A stretch of DNA of 64,000 nt from Candidatus Poribacteria bacterium (GTDB lineage Bacteria; Poribacteria; WGA-4E; PCPOR2b), in contig OZ240245.1 in the NCBI GenBank assembly GCA_965198175.1, forward strand, positions 1,440,001 to 1,504,000. The letters run 5' to 3'. Position numbers and translations under genes: made by a program. The notes under the pieces were generated by a model. It had not been told where the DNA came from and did no database searches. It saw only the letters and a program-made list of their open reading frames with translations. Of this stretch, positions 19,061 to 28,044 are shown piece by piece (position 1 is the stretch's first letter; each line of letters opens with the position of its first letter).

Positions 19061-19945
19061 ATGAAGATGATGAGATCCACCTTTAGCTTGGCGCTTATTC
19101 TTTATCTTTGTGTCTACTTGACAGGCGCGCCGTTCGTACTCACTGCCTCCGCAAAGATTACGCCGATAGATGTGGATGAAACAACGATGTTTTACGAGAT
19201 TGAGAAGGGCGATACGCTGTGGCATCTCGCCGAAAGATATCGAAAAGATGCGCTGTTGTGGATGGAATTTAAGAAATATAACGTCTTTACGAACCCGGAT
19301 CTAATTTATCCGAAGGAAAAACTACAGGTTAAGAACGGTTGGGGGTTCCCCGGCGACGAGCCGCCAATGATGATGGAGGACGAGCCTGAGATGATTGAGG
19401 AGATGCCGTCCGAAATTTCCCTCCTGAAGATGAGCCTAGATGCGAAATTGGATTCCTTGTCGAAGACGGTCATGAAACTCAAGCATAAGGCAGGTGAGTC
19501 CGACAAACATCACAAGATGGTTCGCGATAAGGTCAGTAAAATCAAGGGTATGCTTAAAGAGCATGACAAAGCCCTTAAAGGACATAACGGCGCTATGATG
19601 TCGCACGCCAAAGAGACTAAGATGGGGCTGTCTAAGGTGAAGGGCAAAATTAAGGACTTGAACAAGGACCTGAACGCAAGGACAGACAGGTTGCACGAGC
19701 ACCAGGAAAAGACGATGATGATGCTCGGTGAGACGAACGAATCTATGGCGTCTATAGCAGGTAAGTTCGCGAAGAATGAAGAGCGGCTGAATGACCTCCA
19801 AGCCGGTGTTGATGAAATGCACTCTGAGGTTCACCACTGGAGAGGTGAATACAAAGATTCGACGAAGACAGAGCGGATGTTTGGTGCACTCGCCGTCTTG
19901 GCTGGCGGGATTGCGGTGTTTGCGCTGAATTCGCTCGGTGAGTGA
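19061..19945 (+). CDS. LysM-domain protein with long coiled coil and C-terminal membrane anchor
   Basis: YEIEKGDTLWHLAERY...NPDLIYPKEKLQV LysM motif; signal peptide; terminal hydrophobic helix. Confidence 0.8.
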   Translation: MKMMRSTFSLALILYLCVYLTGAPFVLTASAKITPIDVDETTMFYEIEKGDTLWHLAERYRKDALLWMEFKKYNVFTNPDLIYPKEKLQVKNGWGFPGDEPPMMMEDEPEMIEEMPSEISLLKMSLDAKLDSLSKTVMKLKHKAGESDKHHKMVRDKVSKIKGMLKEHDKALKGHNGAMMSHAKETKMGLSKVKGKIKDLNKDLNARTDRLHEHQEKTMMMLGETNESMASIAGKFAKNEERLNDLQAGVDEMHSEVHHWRGEYKDSTKTERMFGALAVLAGGIAVFALNSLGE

Positions 19946-19984
19946 CTAGACTAATTTAAGGCAGCATTGAACGAGTTGTACGTC

Positions 19985-20049
19985 GCAGGGGCGGCGCGTG
20001 AGTAGTCTTGTATTGGATATACTCAGGCGCATTGTCCCTGCTTTTTTTT
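19985..20049 (+). terminator. Probable terminator after the LysM gene
   Basis: GCAGGGG...TGAGTA / TACTCA...CCCTGC stem followed by T8. Confidence 0.65.
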
Positions 20050-20085
20050 ACCTACAGAGCGGCTCGAAAGATTGGGATTGAAGGG

Positions 20086-20685
20086 ATGGATTCAGAAAGG
20101 TTTCAGCGGACGATTGACAAGTTTATTGAACTCTACGGCGACCGCACGGGAGAGATGGGCGATGGGATTCACGGCGGATTGGCGTGGATTGGCGATACAA
20201 GATTCATGTTGTTAGCGTCGCGCAGTGATGATTTGGGGAGCGCAGGGGATTGGCGGCGCCTGTCTCGGCTAGCGGGTCTTGCAGGTCACCTTCGGCGTCC
20301 GGTGCTTCTGTGGGATTTGCCGCTTCAGGTCTCACCGTCGAAATTGGACGGGGACCCGTTATTGATCAACGAGACGATTCAGAACAGCAGATTGACGTTG
20401 CTAAAGGTCCGTACGCCCATCATCAGCGTCTTTGAGAGACGTTTTCCGCTGCTACTCGGATCTGAATTAGCGATGGTCGAGGGCGCGGTGATTGTGTCAG
20501 ATAAGCCGGGTACCTGTCTTTCTGTACGTGAACATCTGCCGCCCATCGCCGCTGTAAAATCAGGGCAGCACGACTTTAGAATAGAGATTTTGGGACTTCT
20601 TGAAGGAGCTACGAGCGTCTGCGATGAAGATTTGGAACGGCGCCGCATCAATCAGGTTCGGACAATCACGATGCAAACCGATTGA
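20086..20685 (+). CDS. Degenerate acetyl-CoA carboxylase carboxyltransferase alpha (AccA)-like protein
   Basis: FIELYGDR...IHGGLAWIG...WRRLSRLAGLA...PVLLWD...PIISV is collinear with AccA FxELHGDR...IVGGLA...YRKALRL...PIITFID...PIIxV, but the Gly-rich catalytic motifs are absent. Confidence 0.6.
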   Translation: MDSERFQRTIDKFIELYGDRTGEMGDGIHGGLAWIGDTRFMLLASRSDDLGSAGDWRRLSRLAGLAGHLRRPVLLWDLPLQVSPSKLDGDPLLINETIQNSRLTLLKVRTPIISVFERRFPLLLGSELAMVEGAVIVSDKPGTCLSVREHLPPIAAVKSGQHDFRIEILGLLEGATSVCDEDLERRRINQVRTITMQTD

Positions 20686-20723
20686 TTTCTGGATGGATTT
20701 GTGTTACTATGGTTGCCGCGATT

Positions 20724-20793
20724 AGGGCAAGCACAAGGGTTGCCCGTACAGTACCGTGGGTGAGGATTGGGCGGCGAAAGGGTTTGCCCCTAC
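20724..20793. repeat. Two REP-like GGGC...TTGCCC(C/G)TAC hairpins
   Basis: GGGCAAGCACAAGGGTTGCCCGTAC and GGGCGGCGAAAGGGTTTGCCCCTAC. Confidence 0.6.
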
Positions 20794-20909
20794 TGTGGGT
20801 GAGATTCAGGCAACTAGAACGGTTGCGGCTATCCGCTGGAGGACGTGTCAATTCGTTGATGCGCGTCCGTATTCCCGAATTCCAGAGGGGGAAATGGTAG
20901 ACTTCTCTC

Positions 20910-21536
20910 ATGCTAGAACGTAGGTTCCGAGGCAAGTTCAGCGCGTTTCTTTCGCTCCTTGCAGCGAAGTTGGTTTCAATCGGCGTGACCGCGAATATGA
21001 TCACCTTAATCGGGTTTAGCGTTAATGTGGTTGCGGCTTTCTTTCTGGCGACGGGGCGGTTGGTGCTGGCTGGAGTTCTTATCCTGTTCGGCGGTAGTTT
21101 CGATATGATGGATGGCGCCGTGGCTCGGGTGGCGCCGAAACCTAACCCGTCGGGCGCGTTGCTGGATTCGGTGATTGATCGCTACTCAGAGGGCGCGGTC
21201 TTTTTAGGAGCACTCATCTATTTTTATACCAACAGCAACTTTTATGGGGTCATCCTTGTTTTCGCCGCGATGATCGGGTCCATCCTCGTGAGTTACGTCC
21301 GCGCCCGTGCGGAAGGGCTGCGAATCGAATGTAAGGTCGGATTTATGCAGCGCCCTGAACGGATTGCTATCTTGGCGTTCGGTACGTTGACACAGGGTGT
21401 GCTTGGAGTTCAGTTTGCCGCCATCCAGTCAAGTGCGTTGGTTCTCATCTGTGTTATTGCAATTCTCGCCATTACCTCCCACATTACCGCCATCCATCGG
21501 CTCGTCTTCTCTTTTTTCGAATTGAGTGATCGTTAG
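20910..21536 (+). CDS. CDP-alcohol phosphatidyltransferase (PgsA/phosphatidylinositol-phosphate synthase-like)
   Basis: DMMDGAVAR...GALLDSVIDRYSE signature; SYVRARAE and RPER motifs. Confidence 0.92.
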   Translation: MLERRFRGKFSAFLSLLAAKLVSIGVTANMITLIGFSVNVVAAFFLATGRLVLAGVLILFGGSFDMMDGAVARVAPKPNPSGALLDSVIDRYSEGAVFLGALIYFYTNSNFYGVILVFAAMIGSILVSYVRARAEGLRIECKVGFMQRPERIAILAFGTLTQGVLGVQFAAIQSSALVLICVIAILAITSHITAIHRLVFSFFELSDR

Positions 21537-21630
21537 CTCCTGTAGCTCTTGTAGGTTGGGTAGAGCCAACGGCGAAACCCAACGATCAACCGAACGAATA
21601 GTGAGGGCGATAGAGTTCCCTGCGCGATAG
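21534..21630 (-). repeat. REP-like element (GTAGGTTGGG...AACCCAAC) with 9-bp tandem tail
   Basis: Inverted copy of the 112-163 family; minus strand ends CTACAAGAG CTACAGGAG CTA. Confidence 0.8.
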
Positions 21631-21663
21631 CTCGGGTTGGCTTTTTTGGCAGCGGTGGAGGTG

Positions 21664-22620
21664 TTAGATGTTGAATGAGTGTATTTCTGCGTCGTTGATG
21701 TGATCCGAAAACTTCTGGTCAATTGCACGCACTTGGTCGGCGAGCGTACGATGTTCCGCACTCATGTTTTCGCGGAGATCGTCAATCCGTTTGTTAGTGT
21801 CATCAATACGTTTGTCGAGAAAGTCACGCGTGATGGTCAATTCGGCGTGCATATCATCTTTTGTCGGGAAATTCGCCAACTTTGCATCTAACAGATTTTC
21901 AAACTGTTCAAACCTCGCATTTGAATGTTTGTCGAGTTGTTCGATGCGTGCATTTGAAGATTGTTCGAGTTTTTCGATACGCGTACTTAAGGATTTGTCG
22001 AGTTGTTCGATGCGTGCGTTTGAAGATTGTTCGAGTTTTTCGATACGCGTACTTAAGGATTTGTCGAGTTGTTCGATGCGTGCGTTTGAAGATTGTTCGA
22101 GTTTTTCGATACGCGTACTTAAGGATATGTCGAGCTGTTCGATACGTGCGTTTGAAGATTGTTCGAGTTTTTCGATACGTGCGTTTAAGGATATGTCGAG
22201 TTGTTCAAATCGTGCATTTGCAGCTTGTTCGCGTGCGATTAAGGATATGTCGAGTTGTTCAAATCGTGCGTTTGCAGCTTGTTCCCGTGCGTTTAAGGAT
22301 ATGTCGAGTTGTTCAAATCGTGCGTTTGAAGATTGTTCGAGTTTTTCGATACGTGCGTTTAAGGATATGTCGAGTTGTTCAAATCGTGCATTTGCAGCTT
22401 GTTCGCGTGCGATCAAAGATATGTCGAGTTGTTCGATACGTGCATTTGAAGATTCTTCAAACTGTTCAACCCTTTTATCGAACTGTTCAAACCTTCTGTC
22501 AAGGCGTCCGAAAAAGAAGTTCAATACGCCGATAACCAAACCGCCACCCGCAACGATTGGGACCGCAATTGCCACGGTGAGTTTGACAATGTCAAGCCAG
22601 CTCATCCCGATATCCTCCAT
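21664..22620 (-). CDS. Membrane-anchored coiled-coil tandem-repeat protein
   Basis: N-terminal hydrophobic helix, then 22-aa (LDKSLSTRIEKLEQSSNARIEQ) and 18-aa (LDISLIAREQAANARFEQ) repeats, i.e. 66- and 54-bp DNA units. Confidence 0.8.
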   Translation of the reverse strand: MEDIGMSWLDIVKLTVAIAVPIVAGGGLVIGVLNFFFGRLDRRFEQFDKRVEQFEESSNARIEQLDISLIAREQAANARFEQLDISLNARIEKLEQSSNARFEQLDISLNAREQAANARFEQLDISLIAREQAANARFEQLDISLNARIEKLEQSSNARIEQLDISLSTRIEKLEQSSNARIEQLDKSLSTRIEKLEQSSNARIEQLDKSLSTRIEKLEQSSNARIEQLDKHSNARFEQFENLLDAKLANFPTKDDMHAELTITRDFLDKRIDDTNKRIDDLRENMSAEHRTLADQVRAIDQKFSDHINDAEIHSFNI

Positions 22621-22677
22621 TCGTTGTCACATTTTAAAGATATTATACCACAAAACTCCTTAGAGCGTCGAGTTTTC

Positions 22678-22734
22678 GTAGGTTGGCTTGATCTATTCGC
22701 TCAGTTGATCTCAACCCGACCTACGGACTACGGA
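22678..22734 (+). repeat. REP-like palindrome GTAGGTTGG...AACCCGACCTAC with (CTACGGA) x2 tail
   Basis: Terminal inverted repeat enclosing CTATTCGCTCAGTTGATC, which is shared with the 112-163 family. Confidence 0.8.
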
Positions 22735-22748
22735 GCGAGGTACTATTT

Positions 22749-24683
22749 GTGAGTAATTTTACGCCGACCGAAAACCGGAAGCCGAGCGGGATTTCGCTCC
22801 GAACCTTGGCGATTGGCATCTTCTTCGCTCTGGTTAATGCCTATTGGGTTTCGACAAACGATCTGCTGGTCGGCTTAGTCCACAATTACATGTCGCTGTT
22901 CAGCAACGCGGTATTCACGCTGTTCCTGCTGGTTTTACTGAATTTCCTCCTCAAGAAATACGTTCCGACATTCGCGTTCAGCGCTGCCGACCTGTTGGTC
23001 ATTTATGTGATGACCGTGATGGTTACGACCTTTGCGGGGAATCGAATGAATCGGTTTGTCGGACTGCTCTCCCATCCCTACTGGTTTGCCACCCCGGAAA
23101 ATGACTGGCGGAATCTTTTCTGGCGATATATCCCGCCGTGGTTTACCGTCAAGGACGAGAACGCATTGACCGCCCTTTTTCACGGCGAGACGACGTTCTT
23201 CAGGCGTGCGAACTTTATGGCTTGGCTGGGACCGATACTGTATTGGTCGGCTTTTCTGTTTGTGCTGTACGTCGTCCTGATTTGCATCAATACGCTGATA
23301 CGGAAGCAATTCACGGAGCATGAAAGACTGACCTACCCGATTACTTGGCTGCCGCTGGAGATGGCGAAGGATATTTCGTTTTTCCTGAAGAATAGGCTGA
23401 TGTGGGCGGGTTTCGGCATAGCGGCGGCGATTGGTGTTCTCAACGGTTTGAGCGTGTTATATCCGTCGCTGCCGGATATTCCGGTAGGTTGGACGTCGAT
23501 TAACTTTCGGGAAAAACCGTGGAGCTATATGGGCGGCACCCGGATTTCGTTCCAGCCGTTTGTGATTGGGCTCTCGTATTTCATGCCGCTTGACCTTGCG
23601 TTTTCGGCGTGGTTCTTCTATTTCTTGAAGAAATTCACGCAGTTGACCCTGGGTGCGACGATGGGCTGGCGTAACCTCTATTTCCCCGAACAGGCTCAAG
23701 GGGCATGGAGCGGCTTGGGGATCCTTGCGCTCTGGGTCGGACGCAGACATCTGAAACGAGTGTTCACGCAGGCATTCACGGGTAAGCGGGTAATCGATGA
23801 CTCGAAAGAACCGATGGCATATCGGACCGCGATTATTGGGATCGCCGCGGGGGTGATATTTCTCCTTTTTTTCGCGTACAAAGCTGGGCTTTCGTTGTGG
23901 ATCATTTTGGTGTTTTTTGTAATCTATGTTTGCAGCGCCCTCGGCGTGAATAAGATTAGGGCGGGGCTTGGCGTGGCGGTGCATGAGTTGCTATGGGTTG
24001 ACCCCGCCGAGACGATGGTTACCTCGATGGGAACGCGTCTGTTTGGCGCGCGCAACTTGACCGCCCTTTCGTTCCTATTTGTGCTGAATCGGGATCAGCC
24101 GGCCCATCCGATGCCGAACCAACTGGAAGCCTTTCGGATCGGCGAGCAAGCGAATATCCATCCGAGAAAACTGGTTTGGGCGATGATTCTGACCTTCGCC
24201 ATCGGCATACCTGTGACCTTTGTGATATTCTTCAATCATCTGTATCAACAAGGGGCTGAAAATTCGGGGACGATTTTCTTACCAATCGGACGGGAAGGGT
24301 TTTCGCAGCGGCTGCAGGTGTGGCTAACGAATCCGACGGGGCGTAATTATCCAGCGATGGGATTCATGGGGTTTGGTTTCGCGATGACGGGGTTTCTGTT
24401 AGTCATGAAGATGCGGTTTCTGTGGTGGCCGTTTCACCCCGTCGGTTATGTGTTGGGCTCGAGCCCGGCGGAGATGATTTATATTTGGGTACCGGTGCTG
24501 ATTAGTTGGTGTCTGAAGTTCGCCATCCTTCGATATGGGGGATTGCGGGCATACCGCAGCGCGCTGCCGTTTTTTGTGGGGTTAATTTTGGGGGACTATA
24601 CGTTGGGATGCCTATGGAGTATCGTCGGGTCGGTCTTCAGGATTACGGTGTATAATATGGGTTGGCACCCCGTGACCTCTTGA
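22749..24683 (+). CDS. Polytopic membrane protein, DUF6785/DUF6784-like putative transporter
   Basis: Many TM helices; RKQFTEHERLTYPI, WWPFHPVGY and PFFVGLILGDY motifs. Confidence 0.75.
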   Translation: MSNFTPTENRKPSGISLRTLAIGIFFALVNAYWVSTNDLLVGLVHNYMSLFSNAVFTLFLLVLLNFLLKKYVPTFAFSAADLLVIYVMTVMVTTFAGNRMNRFVGLLSHPYWFATPENDWRNLFWRYIPPWFTVKDENALTALFHGETTFFRRANFMAWLGPILYWSAFLFVLYVVLICINTLIRKQFTEHERLTYPITWLPLEMAKDISFFLKNRLMWAGFGIAAAIGVLNGLSVLYPSLPDIPVGWTSINFREKPWSYMGGTRISFQPFVIGLSYFMPLDLAFSAWFFYFLKKFTQLTLGATMGWRNLYFPEQAQGAWSGLGILALWVGRRHLKRVFTQAFTGKRVIDDSKEPMAYRTAIIGIAAGVIFLLFFAYKAGLSLWIILVFFVIYVCSALGVNKIRAGLGVAVHELLWVDPAETMVTSMGTRLFGARNLTALSFLFVLNRDQPAHPMPNQLEAFRIGEQANIHPRKLVWAMILTFAIGIPVTFVIFFNHLYQQGAENSGTIFLPIGREGFSQRLQVWLTNPTGRNYPAMGFMGFGFAMTGFLLVMKMRFLWWPFHPVGYVLGSSPAEMIYIWVPVLISWCLKFAILRYGGLRAYRSALPFFVGLILGDYTLGCLWSIVGSVFRITVYNMGWHPVTS

Positions 24684-24717
24684 CATCGCTGTGAAATCAG
24701 ACTGCTAGGGATTACCT

Positions 24718-26640
24718 GTGAATCAATCCACCTCCATCGAAAACGGCAAGCCAAGTGGGATTTCTCTCAGAACCTTGGTCATTGGACTCATTGTGGTCTT
24801 CGTAAATGCCTATTGGGTTTCCGTCAATGAGTTTATAATCGGCCCAATTCACAACTATGTCTCACTGTTCAGTAATGCCGTTTTCACCCTGTTTGTGCTG
24901 GCTCTGCTCAATCTCCTTTTGGAGAAACTACTGCCGAAATTGGCGTTGAGGCCCGCCGACCTTTTGGTCATCTACGCTATGGTCGTGATGGTGACGACCG
25001 TGGCTGGATACCCAATGAACAGACTAGTCGGAACGCTCGCTCACCCATTCTGGTTCGCCACGGCGGAAAATGACTGGCGGCATTTGTTTTGGCGGCATAT
25101 CCCCGAATGGTTTACAATTAGGGACCAAAACGCGCTGAGTAACTTTTACCGCGGCGAGTCTTCTTTTTTCATCCCACAGTACATGACGATGTGGCTTCGC
25201 CCTATGCTCTATTGGTCCGCCTTTATGTTCGTCATCTACTTCGTGCTCATCTGCATCAGCACGATTGTCAGAAAGCAATTCACGGAACATGAGCGACTCA
25301 CGTATCCGATCACCTGGCTACCGCTGGAGTTGGGGCGAGCTCCATTGTCTTTTTTAAAGAATAAGTTAATGTGGACAGGCTTTGGCATTGCGGGCGGCAT
25401 TAGTCTTCTGAATGGCTTGCACACCTTGTACCCTTCTGTTCCTGATGTCCCTGTGGGATGGCAGAACATCATTCCGCAGGAGAAACCGTGGAGTTATATC
25501 GGTTGGACGCCCATATCCTTCCAGCCCTTCGTCATCGGGCTTTCCTATTTCATGCCGCTGGATTTGGCGTTTTCCGCGCTGTTCTTCTTCTTCTTTAAAC
25601 AAATGACGCGAATGTTACTGGGAGTGATTGGCTGGCGCACCCTTTACTTCCATGAACAAGCACAGGGCGCATGGGTAGGATTGGGAATCTTTGCTCTGTG
25701 GGTTGGGCGGAAACACTTCAAGCGGGTATTTATGCAGGCTATCACAGGAAAAGGCGGGCTAGATGAGTCAAAAGAGCCCCTACGGTATCGAACTGCTCTC
25801 TTGGGCATCATCGCGGGTCTGCTATTTTTCCTCTGGTTTGCATCTAAAGCCGGTTTTTCTTTTTGGGTGATGCCCCTGTTTTTGGTACTATACTGGTGCG
25901 GCGCCGTTGGTGTGACCAAGGTCAGAGCTAGCCTTGGCGTGGCTGTGCATAACGTGCTATGGGTGGATCCAGGACGGATAATGGTGTCGTCTGTGGGAAC
26001 GCGTGTCTTTGGGCCGCAGAACTTAACGGCGCTCACCTTCCTATTTTGGTTGAATCGAGAACATAACGCCCATCCCATGCCCAATCAACTGGAAGCCTTT
26101 CGTATCGGTGAACAAGCGAATATTAATAATCGAAAGCTTGCAGGGGCGATGATAATCACCTTTGCAATCAGCATACCAGCGACCTTTCTGCTATACCTCA
26201 TCCTTTCGTATCACCATGGGGCTGGCAACTCAATCTCGCACTTCGTGGGGGTAGGGCGGGATTGTTTTACCCGGCGGCTCCAACCGTGGTTAAATTTTCC
26301 GACGGGCCCTAATTACGGCACGGTAAGCGCGATGGGAATGGGTTTTGGTATCATAGGCTTTCTATGGGTGATGAAGATGCGGTTTCTCTGGTGGCCATTT
26401 CATCCCATCGGTTATGTACTCGGGGTGAGCCCAGCTGAAATGGCATATCATTGGTGTCCTGTGTTTATCAGTTGGTCCGTGAAGTTAACCATCCTTCGGT
26501 ACGGGGGCTTGCAGGCGTATCGCAGAGCGCTGCCGTTTTTTGCAGGCTTGATATTGGGCGACTACACCATGGGTGGTATTTGGTCCATCATCAGCCCGGT
26601 GTTTAACGTCGTAACATATACCATGGCATGGCATCGCTGA
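24718..26640 (+). CDS. Tandem paralog of the DUF6785/DUF6784-like transporter
   Basis: Collinear with 22749-24683 over its full length, with the same motifs. Confidence 0.75.
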   Translation: MNQSTSIENGKPSGISLRTLVIGLIVVFVNAYWVSVNEFIIGPIHNYVSLFSNAVFTLFVLALLNLLLEKLLPKLALRPADLLVIYAMVVMVTTVAGYPMNRLVGTLAHPFWFATAENDWRHLFWRHIPEWFTIRDQNALSNFYRGESSFFIPQYMTMWLRPMLYWSAFMFVIYFVLICISTIVRKQFTEHERLTYPITWLPLELGRAPLSFLKNKLMWTGFGIAGGISLLNGLHTLYPSVPDVPVGWQNIIPQEKPWSYIGWTPISFQPFVIGLSYFMPLDLAFSALFFFFFKQMTRMLLGVIGWRTLYFHEQAQGAWVGLGIFALWVGRKHFKRVFMQAITGKGGLDESKEPLRYRTALLGIIAGLLFFLWFASKAGFSFWVMPLFLVLYWCGAVGVTKVRASLGVAVHNVLWVDPGRIMVSSVGTRVFGPQNLTALTFLFWLNREHNAHPMPNQLEAFRIGEQANINNRKLAGAMIITFAISIPATFLLYLILSYHHGAGNSISHFVGVGRDCFTRRLQPWLNFPTGPNYGTVSAMGMGFGIIGFLWVMKMRFLWWPFHPIGYVLGVSPAEMAYHWCPVFISWSVKLTILRYGGLQAYRRALPFFAGLILGDYTMGGIWSIISPVFNVVTYTMAWHR

Positions 26641-26751
26641 GCGCCGATTAGAAAACACGGGCAATCGAGTTTGACCGATTTGAACAACATGCTATCCGAA
26701 GAGAGCGAGCAAGAAGCGCTCTGTGTGCTAACCTGAAACGGAGGAAAGAAT

Positions 26752-27996
26752 ATGGCAATCCCTACGATTGAAGAGTGGAGAAATAATCAGGAACTGCTCG
26801 ATTACTACGCCGAATGGCATGACTACTTCCCCTGGCGCCAGCGTTGGAATTATTCCGGAGGAGGCGAGGAGTTCCTTTATTTCCATCGCCAACTCCTCGC
26901 CTGGTACGCAGCAGAACGGGTGGGGCGCGGGTTGAGCCTCGTCCCTGACTGGGATGTATCTAAGCCGATTGTGGAGGGACACAAAAACCTGAACCGCGTT
27001 ATCCGCCCTCCGAACTGGAGAATTCCATGGAATCGGCGGGAGCCGTTCGCACTCCCAAGCTGGTTTACGCCACCAGGTGGAGACAGCACCTATAGCGACC
27101 CTGGACTCTGGCTCGCCGGCGGTGACCAGCATGCTCGTGACACAACAAACGTCAATGCACCGAGTGGGCAGTATGGTAGGCTCTCCGACTTCCCGGACGT
27201 TGACACCCTGGGAAAAGCACTGGAACATCCGTGGCACACTTATAGTCAGATTGCGTTTGGCGCTCTCTTTGCCGCAGGACTCAGTCAAGGCGACATGGCT
27301 TGTGTGCCCACCGCGATAAGAGATGCGTTTTTCTTTATTTGGCACCGTCATATTGACAATGTGTGGCGTATGTGGTCAGAGTTGCCTGAAGTTCAACTGC
27401 CCGAAGTGCAGGCAGTCCCAGTGAAGGTGCTCGATGATATCAACAGCCCTGATGTTATCATCCGCCAAACAGCAATTGAGGATGCAGCTGCCGAACTCGG
27501 GAACTTCGGTGACCTGACCCCTGAGTCTGATGATATCATTTTTGGGCAGACCGCTTACCTATATGCCCGGGTTGAGAACATGTCAGACCAACCGGTCACC
27601 GGACGGTTTCACTTCTTTTATGCTCCGGTATCCCTAGCGCATCACCGGCGTTATTGGGTAGAGATTCCGCTCTCCAACGCCGGACGATGGGGGCGCCCTA
27701 TTTATCTCAACCCCGGAGAAAAGCAGGTGTTACGCAGCGGCCCGATGTCTGGGGTCGCCGTGTGGCATTCAAGATTTATCCCTGCGCCCAACATGTACCG
27801 CCTTTTGGCAGTCGTCGTACCTGATGAGGCACCACGCGGCTATCCATTTGAGCGGGCACTCCCTCCGGGTAGCAGTGTCGAAACGTTAACCCTAAATAAC
27901 GACTGGATGGCGTCTCGCGATTTCGAGGTACTGGCTATGGAAGAGGCGGTTTCATGTTCGGAAAATGAATCGTTGACCGCTGCTCGACTAAGCTGA
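26752..27996 (+). CDS. Type-3 copper (hemocyanin/prophenoloxidase/tyrosinase-like) domain protein with C-terminal beta-rich domain
   Basis: GEEFLYFHRQLLAWYAAER (CuA region) and GDM...TAIRDAFFFIWHRHIDNVW (CuB region); GGAGG RBS. Confidence 0.75.
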   Translation: MAIPTIEEWRNNQELLDYYAEWHDYFPWRQRWNYSGGGEEFLYFHRQLLAWYAAERVGRGLSLVPDWDVSKPIVEGHKNLNRVIRPPNWRIPWNRREPFALPSWFTPPGGDSTYSDPGLWLAGGDQHARDTTNVNAPSGQYGRLSDFPDVDTLGKALEHPWHTYSQIAFGALFAAGLSQGDMACVPTAIRDAFFFIWHRHIDNVWRMWSELPEVQLPEVQAVPVKVLDDINSPDVIIRQTAIEDAAAELGNFGDLTPESDDIIFGQTAYLYARVENMSDQPVTGRFHFFYAPVSLAHHRRYWVEIPLSNAGRWGRPIYLNPGEKQVLRSGPMSGVAVWHSRFIPAPNMYRLLAVVVPDEAPRGYPFERALPPGSSVETLTLNNDWMASRDFEVLAMEEAVSCSENESLTAARLS

Positions 27997-28015
27997 ACCG
28001 TTCTGAAAATTGTGC

Positions 28016-28044
28016 TTGACATAAACCGAAAATCCGTGTAGACT
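28016..28044 (+). promoter_or_regulatory. Sigma70-type promoter
   Basis: TTGACA, 17-bp spacer, TAGACT. Confidence 0.55.

Noticed and set aside
21764..22663. Two long plus-strand ORFs (299 and 224 aa)
   Set aside because: They are open only because of the tandem repeat; the minus-strand frame has a TM anchor and coiled-coil periodicity.
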